From positions 46,730 to 66,729 of the forward strand of contig JBEWZL010000247.1 in NCBI GenBank assembly GCA_045837725.1: DNA of 20,000 bases, in the 5' to 3' direction. This DNA is from Vermamoeba vermiformis (Eukaryota). Position 1 is the stretch's first letter; every line of letters begins with the position of its first letter. The notes beneath the pieces were generated by a model that worked only from the letters and a program-made list of their open reading frames with translations, was not told the origin of the DNA and did not search any database. A program made the translations under genes and the position numbers. Positions 1 through 10,677 of this stretch are shown here, piece after piece.

Positions 1-853
1 CGCACTAATGTCTTTAATTCTCCTATAGACTCAGGTATGGTACCACTAAGCCGATTGTACGCAAGGTCGAACGCCATCAGATTTTGTAATTGGTTGATCT
101 TGTCGGAGATCGTCCCGGAAAGTTCATTGTGTGCTGCGCCGAAGTACGTGAGATTTGTTTGATAAATAGATTCTGGTATTGTTCCACTGAGTTCATTTCG
201 CGACAAATGTAATTCTTGAATTTTTTTAAGCTGTCCAAGTTCTGGTGGTATCGAGCCTGTCAATTTGTTCCCCGCTAGGAAAATGATCTCCAAGTCTGCA
301 TTTGCTGCTAGTGACGCTGGAATTGTTCCTTTTAATTGATTCGTGTTTAGCAGAAGACGCTGGAGGCGAGGAACTCCGCTAAAATCCGGTATGGTGCCAG
401 AAAATGATTGGAGGATAAATAAATATAAAATAAATTCGGTAAATTAATCCATGTTGGTATTATTCCACTAAGCTGATTTCCACCAAACCAGAGTCGTTGA
501 AGCATTGACAAATTTTTGATCGACTCGGGTAATGTTCCCGATAAGTGGTTGCCTTCTAAATTGATAACGTCAAGCATCAATAAATTGCCAATTGATTCTG
601 GAAGCGTTCCAGTCAGTTGGTTGCTTGGCAGAATGAGCTGGACGACGCGCGAGTTGATGCACGCGATCCCCGCCCAATAACAAGCTGAAACATTGTTTGA
701 AAGCCAATTATCTGATCGAAGCCAATATTGTCCATTTGTGGAGTGGTAAAGTTGAGTTAATATTGCACGCTCTTCCTCTTGTGGATCGCATCGTGCGCAA
801 TTTGTCAAAAATAAAACAAATACTACCAACACACGTTTAAATGATGCGTTCAT
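1..853 (-). pseudogene. 5' part of an LRR receptor(-kinase) paralog with a 1-bp frameshift at ~404/405; runs off the window's left edge (pseudogene or assembly error)
   Basis: ATG at 853 gives a signal peptide (MNASFKRVLVVFVLFLTNCARC), an LRRNT cap (W..C.W.GI.C) and LRRs nearly identical to the gene starting at 5629. It reads AAT CA TTT TCT GGC where the paralog has AAT CAA TTT ACG GGC. After the missing base the shifted frame stays open and LRR-coding (GTIPDFSGVPRLQRLLLNTNQLKGTIPASLAAN...) to position 1. Confidence 0.75.
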
Positions 854-1169
854 CTTGCAGTCATGCTTATGGTATCTGTAATGAAGATCGTTACAAACGA
901 AGAATGATTGAGAGGATATGTGACAGGTATTCGAGGCAATCACAACGTTTTACGTTTGACACCATTTTAAATCTAAGCAAGCTTCCTGAACAATCTCAAA
1001 GTCGTAACGAACCAATTTTTTAAGGAAAAAATGCCTCAATTGGCTATTTGTGACTTATGACGATAAAGAACAAATAATTTTGCACGAATTGCATTGGTTG
1101 TTCACTTTTTAAGTCCCAGATCTACGATTACTATGATGCAATTAAACAATATTATGATGTTTTTTTGCC

Positions 1170-4100
1170 TTATTTGGTGCTCAAATACACAGTTTCAATA
1201 GTTTTTACGACTTCACCAATGAGTGGTCTGTCGTTCGGTTCTTGCGCCCAACACTGCGAAATCAACTTGCTAATTTGATGCGGGCAGTCTTGCGGCACGG
1301 CCATTCTTTTGCCTTGCAGAACAAATTCAGCCACGTCCCAGCTGTACTTGAACTCTTTGTATGGCTCATCTTGTGTTATAATGGCCCAGAGCAACACGCC
1401 GAAACTGAAAATATCTGCGCTTCGGGCGTAATTTTCATTCTTCAATATTTCTACAGAAGCCAAAATTAGAAAAATTTAAAACTATTCGTGAAAAAGCCGT
1501 AAATGAATGCTCAGAAAAGAAAAATATTGCCAAAGATAAGTGTACGTGCCTACGGCCATAAAGATGGGTGTTCCAACGCCCTTTGTGAACTTCGAAGTGA
1601 CCGAATCTGACACTGATCGTGCAGTACCAAAGTCTGCAAGTTTGACATTGACAATGGCGTCTTTTGAAGTTGACACTACCAATGCATTTTCAGGCTTAAT
1701 ATCGCGGTGTAAAATATTGTTCAAGTGCAAGAACTTCAGCGCTTCAGCAATGTCTAGTGCCAACTTAAGCTTGAACTTCATATCTAACTGTTGCTTTTGC
1801 AATAAATGTTTCAAATCTCCGTTGGTGATAAACTCGGTCAAAATCGCTCTTTTGCCTGTGACTCGTGACGCACCGATGAACTGCACGATAGATTTGTGAT
1901 GCAAATTCATCATCATGCGCACTTCTTGCTCGAACTCACGTGTAATCTCCTCGCCGAGATCTTGCATCTAAATTAGGAAAAAAATTAGTACCGTGAAAAT
2001 TCGAGTTTTGCGAGTGCCTTACTTTGAGCGTCTTAAACGCAACTCGTTGACCACGATACATCGCCTTATAAACAGCACCAAATCTACTCGTCGTTAGTAA
2101 CGCTATATAATATGAATCAATAAGCTACTCACCCTCCTTCGCCAATCGCATCGCCTTCAACTTGCACCTCGTCAACATCGATCCATGGCGAGTGTTCGCT
2201 TGCTGCATCGAATTCAATCAGCGAATAGATTTCTTCTTCAGGCAGCTCTATCCAGAATGACACTTGACACTTTGTTGTCATTTTCATTGTCAGCACAAGT
2301 TCGACTTCGGTACTTCCGCCGTCAGGCACTTCGAACACTTGTGGTGTTGCAATGAGGTCGTATTTGGGTGATATAATTGGTCTGATTTGCACGACAGTGC
2401 GGTGCTGTACGAGTTTGTCGTAAAGAGATCCGACGCTGATCACTTTGGACTTGCGTAGTGACACGGTAAAGCTGTCCCTGACCGGGTGATCAACAATCAA
2501 CAGATCACCTTTCGTGCCAAATTTGAAACTCGTCTTTGACAGCTTGATCGGCAAGTCATCAGGCAGTTTGAACTTGAACTCTTCTGGTGGCGCTGAGTTG
2601 TTTTTGACATGTGACGCTGACAGTGTCAACATTTCGACACGTGATTTGAGTTGGTCTTCTCGTTTTCTTCGCGCACTCATAGTAACTATGAGCAAGATCA
2701 TGGCTGCAATAAGAAGTATGCCAAGCGGTACTGTCAAGCCAACCACTAACGCTATTGACGTCTTGTCTTGTGGACAGCTCAACGTGAATGTGATTGTTTT
2801 GGAGACGGATCTGATGGACGGTGAATGGCAGGTACGTCCTTCACTCGATATCTTCATCATAGAATCAAAATTACTGCCGCCACATGTTGTCGTGATGTAA
2901 AACACTGGTGTCTCTACTTCTGACTCGGCCATGTCGAACACAATCTCGCCTTCAAATTGCATGCAATCAATGACCAGAGTGTCTTTGTTGCGTACCACGA
3001 GCGTGGCGTTAGGTTCAACAATCAAATCTGAATAAACGAAGGAACTTTAGTCCGTGATCGGATCAGATTCGCAATAATTGGTTGGACTTACTATGAAACG
3101 CCACCAAGTTATGTATATCCGATAGTCTTAATGTTGTTCCTGAATGTACATAAAGCGTTGACTTGGCAGGACAATAAGCTGTTGTTTGACGGTTAGTACC
3201 AAAAAAGACAGATCGGATGCGTAGATTCAGTACGTACAGTCGTAGCACTTGAACTCTTCTGTAGAGCAACAAAACGCGTTTCCATCAATATTACATTGGC
3301 TGGCTTCACTTTTGAAGGTCGAAGGTAGCGCCAAACATCCGCGAAACAAATTGTCTTGGATGTGGAGCTGTTGAAGTGTTCTCATATTGTTCATCGCTGG
3401 CAACGTGCCAGTAAACCAATTCGAAGAAATATTACTTAAATATCGTTAGTTTGACGCTAGTAGCGTTTGTAGTATTACTTACAGTTTTCTCAAATTTTGC
3501 ATCGAAGTGATTCCGTGCCCTATTGTACCATTCAAGTTGTTGTTAGACAAGTCCCTAAATAATAATATACGTTAGTATGTGTAGCTCAATGCGATATCTC
3601 CAACGTACAGCTCGGCTAGAGGCAGTTCGAAAAGTTCGACTGGGATCGTGCCAGCGAGGTCATTGTTGGCCATGTGCAGCTCTTGCAAGCGAAACAATCG
3701 AGACAGCGTTGACGGAAGTGTGCCACTGAACGCGTTGTTGTCAATTTGCACGTAGTTTAGAGAACTCAATTGTCCAAATGACTCCGGAATCGTGCCGCTG
3801 AATCGATTGTTGTCGATCTTTAAAATTCGTAGTAGACCTCTTGTAGTCAATCCTGGCGGGATAGTTCCGATGAACTTGTTGTCACTTAAGTATAGTTCAG
3901 CAATAGTGTTGGTCAAATCAAATAAATGCAACACAGATCCGGTTAGCTGATTGTTCGACAAGTCGACAGTGCGCAATCTGTTCAGCAACCCGTAAGTGAT
4001 GGGCACGGTGCCTGTCAGTTGATTGTCATTTGCCGTGAAGTAACCAAGCCCTGAGGGTAGAAATCCGGGTGATTCGAATGAAGGCAAGGGACCCGAGAGT

Positions 4101-5629
4101 CTGTTGGCGCCAAGTGTCAGATCCGTCAATCGTCTGTTTCTTCCGAGAGCTCGAGGGATAGTACCAATCAAGTTATTGTTGTTCATTATGAGGCTAACGA
4201 TCGATGGAAGTGATCCAAATGACTCGGGAATGACACCGCTGATGCGATTGTGTGCCACTGCGAAGGTCGTTAAAGACGCCATGCCACCAATGCTCTGTGG
4301 CAACGTGCCAGTGAGATTATTGAACACTATGTTGACGATCTGGAGTTGTTGTAGGTTTCCTATTGTGTTGGGTATAGGACCTTCCAGTTGGTTAGCGTAA
4401 GCGTGGAAAGACTGAAGTGCGGTGAGCTGTCCAATGCTCTCAGGAATTGTTCCAGAAAATCTGTTGAAGCTCAATAACAGTTGTTGAAGCTGCGTTAGCT
4501 GGCCTATATCGTTGGGTATCGTTCCTGTGAGCTCGTTATTTTCTACTTGAAGCCAGAGCAAGTTGTGCAGATTCGTGATCGAGTTCGGAAGTGTTCCGCT
4601 AAGACGGTTCCTGGACGCCAAGAAGTGCGTCAGCCCGACCATATTTCCAATATCATTTGGTATTGTGCCAGTAAGCTGATTGTCTGCGATTAAGAACTGC
4701 GTGAGTGTTGTTGTGAGCTGCGTAACAGATTTGGGGATCGTGCCGGTCAAATTGTTTGAAAGGGCTTCAAAGCGCACTAATGTCTTTAATTCTCCTATTG
4801 ACTCGGGTATTGTTCCACTAAGCTGATTGTATGCGAAGTCGAAGGCTAGAATGTTCTGAAATTGGCGAATCTTGTTGGAGATCGTGCCAGAGATTTTGTT
4901 GTGTGATATGCTAAAGATCCCAAGACTCGTTATTTGATAGATTGACTCTGGTATTGTTCCACTAAGTTCATTACGGCCCAAGAGTAATTGTTGCAGTTTG
5001 GTTAGCGTTCCTAGTTCCGCTGGGATCGAGCCAGTTAGCTTATTTCCAGCGAGAAAAATGGTGTCCAAGTAGGTGTTTGCTGCTAAAGATGCTGGTATCG
5101 TTCCTTCAAGCTGATTGGTGTTGAGATAAAGATGCTGAAGGCGCGGAAGGCCACTGAAATCCGGTATCGTGCCCGTAAATTGATTTGAGGGCAAAAATAA
5201 ATAAAATAAATTCGTTAAATTATTGATCCACGTTGGTATTGTTCCACTAAGCTGATTTCCACCAAGCCAGAGTCGTTGAAGCATTGACAAATTTTTGATC
5301 GACTCGGGAATTGTTCCCGATAAGTGGTTACCTTCTAAATTGATGAGATCGAGCATTAATAAATTTCCAATCGATTCTGGAAGTGTTCCAGTCAGTTGGT
5401 TGCTTGGCAGATTGAGCTGGACGACGCGCGAGTTGATGCACCCGATCCCCGCCCAATAGCAGGCTGAAACATTGGTTGAAAGCCAATTATCTGATCGAAG
5501 CCAATATTGTCCATTTGTGGAGTGGTAAAGTTGAGTTAATATTGCACGCTCTTCCTCTTGTGGATCGCATCGTGTCCAATTTATCAAAAATAATACTGCG
5601 ACGACCAACAAAGGTTTAGGTACTTGCAT
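1170..5629 (-). CDS. LRR transmembrane receptor kinase (signal peptide, >20 plant-type LRRs, Cys-rich stalk, TM, Entamoeba-TMK-like juxtamembrane domain, TKL-like kinase); model complement(join(1170..1450,1550..1967,2023..2083,2133..3027,3092..3178,3238..3434,3483..3554,3609..5629)), ~1343 aa
   Basis: LxxLxLxxNxLxGxIPxxIG repeats and a hydrophobic TM (IALVVGLTVPLGILLIAAMILLIV). Kinase motifs after splicing: GEGGFG, VAFK, HRDIKPEN, DFG, TKGVGTPIFMAVE, DIFSFG, CW...RP. Six GT-AG introns of 48-64 nt with CTAA branch motifs plus one GC-AG intron. Summed exon length of 4032 nt is divisible by 3. Confidence 0.9.
4773..5600. repeat. Segment homologous to 1..~830 (tandem LRR gene duplication)
   Basis: Direct nucleotide similarity, e.g. 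cgcactaatgtctttaattctcctat at both 1 and 4773; 480-800 is near-identical to 5260-5580. Confidence 0.95.
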
Positions 5630-6162
5630 CGTGCGTTTAAATAATAAGGTTGCTCAGTTTCGTCCCAATGACGAGTTTTGACGTTTGTCTGAGGACACAA
5701 TATTGCGAAGCACAAGATGGATCAAGCAACAACATTTAATACTGAGATTTATGACCAATATAGTACGTACATGTTTGAATATATCAAGAATACACAGATT
5801 AAAGTCGATTGGCGAAGTAAAGATTTCGATTTAGAAAACCCTAAATCGAATTTTTTTTTTTTCCTTAATCATTTAATTAATTATTTAATATTCAAAAGAC
5901 AAAACTTCAAGCTGCCCATTCTCCTAAACAGCTTCAGTAGATAAAACGCTTGCCGCAAAAAACACTTGCTCAACGATCGTTGTTGGTCGTGCTCTCAGAA
6001 CGGGTGCGTAGCTTCTATTTTGGTTGTGACCGTGCTCGTAGAAATAACCAAACTTTCTTTAGTTAGTTTGTCCGCTCCGCAGTGTCTTCGCGTCGAGCCG
6101 ATTTGTCCACGATTGTTCCCTCCGCACCACCAAAGAACAACAAACAAGGTGAAGTTGTTTGA

Positions 6163-9100
6163 ATGAATCCTAAAGAAGAGCCTCGTCGACTGTCTGAGTT
6201 GCAATTGATAGAAGTCGTGGACGAGCTGTGTTCCAGTCCCGGCTCTAACTGGCGTCACATCGGCCTATTTTTCGAAGAAAAGCATCGATTTAAAATATCT
6301 TACGAACTGTTGAAAGCCTACGCTCCGCAAGCCACACCGGACAGAGATCTTTGTAGGAATTTAATTGCAAACCTCATGGAACGCGGCGTCACAATAGAAG
6401 AATTTGTCACTGTGTTAGAAGACAGAAGAATAGGTCTCAACGCTCTTGCTTCTGATTTACGAAAACGATTTGGATTAAAATTGGCCCACTTTTCAGATCC
6501 GAACAGTTTAACTTCGAAACCTTTTTATTTCGAAGTCACTAATGACTTGACGCTGCAAATAGCGGGTAACGATACCATTGAAGAACTTGATGCCTTGCTG
6601 CAACAGAAGCGTCAAGTCATCATCAACAACGAGATTTCTGCGAGCGGAACAACTCTGGCTAATGTGCGTCCTATTCTTTATGACTTTAAGTGCTTATTTA
6701 ACGCCATTTATATGCAGGAGTTTTGTCGCAAAGCGAAAGGGTACACTTACGTTTTGTGGCTCGATGGTGCGGATGATACGAGGCTCCTTGCAAGTTTTCT
6801 CCGCTTGGCTGATTGGTTCAAGATTCCTATTCCAGACGTATCATCTCTTGACATTTTTGCTGCCAGTTATCTGAAACAAATATTCGATCGACTTGGCGAA
6901 AGACCGACGCTCTGGGTGTTTGATAGCTGCACATCCGTTAACGCAATGCAAAGGTTTTTTCCTACCCGGTCAGAAGCCTACCACGTAATTCTGACAGTTA
7001 AATCCATCCCTGCTGTCGAAAAGGACTTGGTAGATATTTGGCCCAAGCCAGATCTAAAATCATTTGACGAGAAATGTCTTCTCTTTGTGCGAATGATAGC
7101 TATGCTCGACAAGCCCGAATTCCCAGCAGCCATACTCTTTAACACTGACGTATTTGTACCACTTGCTAGCACAACGAAAGAAAGTGATCTACAAAAACTT
7201 CTTCAGCCATTGACCGAAAGGCAATTCGTCAGCTTCACAACAGCAAAGAACAGAACGATGATCCAAGTTAACGAGCAGTACCACCAGTTTTGTAAATCAG
7301 TTGCTTTACCTGAAGCCTTAGAAAAATGGATTGATGTGCTTGCATCGACGAACAGCAGCTTCAACGATTGGACATTTAACCAGGCGAAAGCAAACATCTT
7401 TGCAGCAATAAGTCCCTACGCTAGCAAATCTACTCAAGAAGCACCAAGATACTTGAACACAGTCGCTCAATTTCTTGGATTTTGGAATGCAACTTACAAA
7501 TTTCCACCAGATTTCTTTGTGAACTCAGCATTCAACACCATAGATCCCAACACTGTGGCACTAATCAAGGCACTTTGTGTTATTGAACAAGATCCCCACT
7601 TTGATCCATTCCCAAAGCAATCAAACACAACAAATCAGTTATTAGAGCGTTATTGCCATGCTCGACAGATTCTCTATTCGTGCAACTTTGATGATGCATA
7701 CAATGTACTCAAAAAGTGCAATGACTCTGCAGTCACAATGTTAGGCCCTTGTCATCCATTCACACTAAAGCTTGTCTACTGGTTGATCAGAACTCTGCTA
7801 TCGAAACGCCAGCTAAGAGTGGCGAAAGAAATGCTTGAAGAGAAGGTTTATGACAGCCACACCATTCTTGATTTCATTTTCTTGAAGTTTCACAAGCAGT
7901 TAGAAGACCCAACTGTAACCAAATGGATGATCTGCGTTGCTGATACCCTTCTTTATTGTGGTGAATTGGAAGAATCATACAAGATATACAAAGAGAGTCT
8001 CAAACACCAGCTCACATTTGATGTTCTGTTTGACAATTACCTGATTAGAACACTAGTTGGCTTGCTTTGTTATGAAATGGAAGTTCGATTGACCAATGCT
8101 GCACGACAGAGTGAAATCATATCAAATGGTGCAATTAGTTGGGAAGATGTAATGTTGCATGTCAAATCAACATTGGTTGAAGAGAAATTCAAAGATTTCT
8201 CCATTTCACCATATTACTACCACTTAATTGCACTATGTAATCAATATCCATATCGCATACCACCTAGGTCAGACCCAATCATCAGACACCAACTGCACTT
8301 GAAAGATCAATTCATGGAAGTGACTCTTTACAACCAATCCTTAGTAATGTGGAAAGAAGGCCCACAATACAGTGTAATCTATACACATGCATTATCAAAC
8401 TTGGACAACAATTGTCTGAAATTTCTCCAAAGACTTGCATTGGTCACGCTAGCACCACCACCAGTGCTTTTGAATTCAATTTTCAATCAAAAATGCAATC
8501 CAAGAAAGTATGATAGACTGACAGATTTGTTCAAACAAAACTTTCTCTCCAACAAGGAAAATCCAATCATTCAGTTAAAAATCAACATGTATATTCCATT
8601 ACTGAGGAGTACAATGAATGTTGAAGACGCAGTGAGATGGTGGACAAAGAAATTGAAGGCAGCAATTACATGTAAAGCCTCAAATGATCACTATCTGCAA
8701 CAAAGTGTCATATTTCATGATCTGTCTGACATTGTTAGAAATATCATGAATGATGAAGTTGCCATGGAGTTTTGGACAACACTTTTGGAGTTTCTTGTGA
8801 TTTGTAAAGAGGTGCCAGCGATTAGAGACATCAATAATTTCAAGCACACAGCCATCAAGAATCGCTTTCCAGTCCATTCAAGATTAATTGAAGGTGTTTG
8901 CCTTCGATCAATTGGCAAGTGGAAGGAAGCTGTAGAATGTTTCACAGGACAAGTGACATTACAATCCCAGAATTTCCCAGATAAGCAGAAGCTACTTCAG
9001 CTCTCTCAGTTTTTGTTAGCACGATCTTTATCAGAACCAGATGACAAAGACAATCCAAACTTGACAAAGGCCAAAAAGCTGTTTGAAAACTGTGTGGATA

Positions 9101-9672
9101 CTTGCATACATTTCAAGTACACTAGGCTGCAGTGCCTTGGATTATGCTTAACAAAACTTGGTCAATTTGAAGAAGCAAAGACTGTGCTCTTGCAATGCTA
9201 CAATGAGTGGACTAATGGTACTGACATGCACAACTACAGCCTTCTTGCTGAGACAACTTTCTACCTGGCTCAGTGCGAGAAACAAACTGCCTCTGCAAAT
9301 GCTTCACAACTGTTTACACAGTCTTTAATTTTACAATTAAGACATGATGTGCAAATGCATTTTAGAATGATTACAGCAGAGCTTATCTTAGTTTCAAGAC
9401 AGCCAAACAAGAGTGAGTTGGCTCCGATTGTGTTACTACACTCAGAGAATGAAGACCAGGTTAACATAGAAAACTTTGAAGCTCTGTATGAAGAGAAGCT
9501 ACTGACTGCAAGCTTTCAATATGCCACTGGCTGTCAATTTGTCTACTACACACCAGCAACACGTGGCAAGTTCTGTTCTTTGGTTCAAGTGCGATACAAC
9601 AACCAGACACTCGTTGTCTATTACGAAAGTGCAAACAACTTTGCAATTGCCATTGTAAACTCATCACTTTAA
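6163..9672 (+). CDS. NLR-like protein: N-terminal Death-like domain, degenerate NB-ARC/STAND-like domain, winged helix and TPR region (1169 aa, intronless)
   Basis: The N-terminal ~95 aa are shared with the genes at 12678, 14384 and 15936 (W..IGL.F...Y...D..LC...L.E.G.TI.E....LED.RIGL..LA..LR). NB-ARC-like motifs: YTYVLWLDG, LLASFLRLA, TLWVFD (Walker B-like), FFP...HVILT. Winged helix-like LLFVRMIAMLDKPEFPAAIL. Kinesin-light-chain-type TPR motif LGPCHPFTL and further TPR-like helices (LGLCLTKLGQFEEAK). Confidence 0.8.
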   Translation: MNPKEEPRRLSELQLIEVVDELCSSPGSNWRHIGLFFEEKHRFKISYELLKAYAPQATPDRDLCRNLIANLMERGVTIEEFVTVLEDRRIGLNALASDLRKRFGLKLAHFSDPNSLTSKPFYFEVTNDLTLQIAGNDTIEELDALLQQKRQVIINNEISASGTTLANVRPILYDFKCLFNAIYMQEFCRKAKGYTYVLWLDGADDTRLLASFLRLADWFKIPIPDVSSLDIFAASYLKQIFDRLGERPTLWVFDSCTSVNAMQRFFPTRSEAYHVILTVKSIPAVEKDLVDIWPKPDLKSFDEKCLLFVRMIAMLDKPEFPAAILFNTDVFVPLASTTKESDLQKLLQPLTERQFVSFTTAKNRTMIQVNEQYHQFCKSVALPEALEKWIDVLASTNSSFNDWTFNQAKANIFAAISPYASKSTQEAPRYLNTVAQFLGFWNATYKFPPDFFVNSAFNTIDPNTVALIKALCVIEQDPHFDPFPKQSNTTNQLLERYCHARQILYSCNFDDAYNVLKKCNDSAVTMLGPCHPFTLKLVYWLIRTLLSKRQLRVAKEMLEEKVYDSHTILDFIFLKFHKQLEDPTVTKWMICVADTLLYCGELEESYKIYKESLKHQLTFDVLFDNYLIRTLVGLLCYEMEVRLTNAARQSEIISNGAISWEDVMLHVKSTLVEEKFKDFSISPYYYHLIALCNQYPYRIPPRSDPIIRHQLHLKDQFMEVTLYNQSLVMWKEGPQYSVIYTHALSNLDNNCLKFLQRLALVTLAPPPVLLNSIFNQKCNPRKYDRLTDLFKQNFLSNKENPIIQLKINMYIPLLRSTMNVEDAVRWWTKKLKAAITCKASNDHYLQQSVIFHDLSDIVRNIMNDEVAMEFWTTLLEFLVICKEVPAIRDINNFKHTAIKNRFPVHSRLIEGVCLRSIGKWKEAVECFTGQVTLQSQNFPDKQKLLQLSQFLLARSLSEPDDKDNPNLTKAKKLFENCVDTCIHFKYTRLQCLGLCLTKLGQFEEAKTVLLQCYNEWTNGTDMHNYSLLAETTFYLAQCEKQTASANASQLFTQSLILQLRHDVQMHFRMITAELILVSRQPNKSELAPIVLLHSENEDQVNIENFEALYEEKLLTASFQYATGCQFVYYTPATRGKFCSLVQVRYNNQTLVVYYESANNFAIAIVNSSL

Positions 9673-9795
9673 CTTAGCAAAACTTATTTTCGGCAAAACA
9701 ACAAATACTCTATCAACCTAAAGCAATAAATTTTAATTATTCACAGTTTCATTATGATTCAATATTTACACAGTAGTATGTAAAGTCTATTTTAT

Positions 9796-10010
9796 TTAAG
9801 CAGTAGTTTGCAACTCATGCTCCATCTGTGCAGAAGGTAGTGTGCACTAAGTAATCCTCTTGCATTGTTTGGCAGCTTCATCTTTGTCAAAGCCTTCGAA
9901 CTCATCCTGTGGTGACTGCGCCACTTTCATTTTGTGCACTTGCATGATCCCCCGGGCACTACAACTGTGGCAACTCCAACCACGATGATCACGATCATAA
10001 CGCCTTTTGA
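9796..10010 (-). pseudogene. Decayed copy of the terminal (TM plus cytoplasmic tail) exon of the membrane-protein gene at 18154..18375
   Basis: Aligns to 18156..18369, with a premature TAG (CAG>TAG), a 1-bp deletion (atcccccggg vs atcaccacggg) and many CpG transitions. Confidence 0.85.
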
Positions 10011-10051
10011 ATTGTGATGCCTAAACTGGGGAATTTGCAGCAGTCATTCAA

Positions 10052-10670
10052 CTTAATGAGACCTCCACAAAAAGCAGCTCAGGACTTTGTCGCCGGGTTG
10101 GGCAGTCAACATGGTCGCCAGTTGATGATACTCCTCGACTTGGCGGTAGAGGAACTCGAACAACTCGCCCATATACTCATTTCAGTCGCGACACAGTGTC
10201 TCTTCTTCAGACGTGAACTGCAGAGTCGTCAACTCGTTTTGAGTAACTCGTTGCTTGATGCTCAAACGCTCCTTCTCGATGTTAGCGCACTCCTTGTACA
10301 GCTTGTTCAGTACGCTCCAAACGGCCCAATTTCTCGCGAATAGTTTGCAGTTGGCGGCTCCACTGTTGTTCAGAAAACTCAAGGTCGCGCAACTCTTGTT
10401 CGAGGTCTTGGATCATTTGTCGCTGTGGGCCTTTACTTCGTCCTTGCGTGCAAACTCAGCAGCAGTCAATTCGAGCAATTGCATTCATCCTTTGAGGTCC
10501 TGAAATCAACGGTGAGATGCTCGTACGACACTATTGCACTTCAGGCTTACGTGATTGATTCATGTGATCCACACGGGCTTGTAACTCGCGTTGTTTGCCT
10601 TCGTAGTCCAAGGTCATCTTGCGCTCCTTCTCCAAGCTGACTGCCATCTCTTCAATATCGCTTGGCCTTC
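10052..10670 (-). pseudogene. Fragment of a coiled-coil protein gene with an intron remnant, in-frame stops and frameshifts
   Basis: Minus-strand pieces DIEEMAVSLEKERKMTLDYEGKQRELQARVDH, MIQDLEQELRDLEFSEQQWSRQLQTIREKLGRLER and KLYKECANIEKERLSIKQRV...CRD*NEYMGELFEF lie in different frames. An intron-like GTAAGC...TTTCAG is at ~10500-10550. Confidence 0.55.
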
Positions 10671-10677
10671 TCTGGTG

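Noticed and set aside
854-943. N-terminal extension of ORF 347..943
   Set aside because: Non-ATG start; ATG at 853 gives a signal peptide aligned with the paralog's start.
1242-4400. Plus-strand ORFs (1242, 1540, 2514, 4104)
   Set aside because: Antisense to the well-supported receptor kinase, with no independent motifs.
3609-5420. ~72-bp periodicity as a CRISPR or tandem DNA array
   Set aside because: Explained by 24-aa LRR coding repeats; there are no identical repeats with unique spacers.
10014-10640. Plus-strand Leu/Gln-rich ORFs
   Set aside because: Antisense of a decayed Glu/Lys-rich coiled-coil coding fragment.
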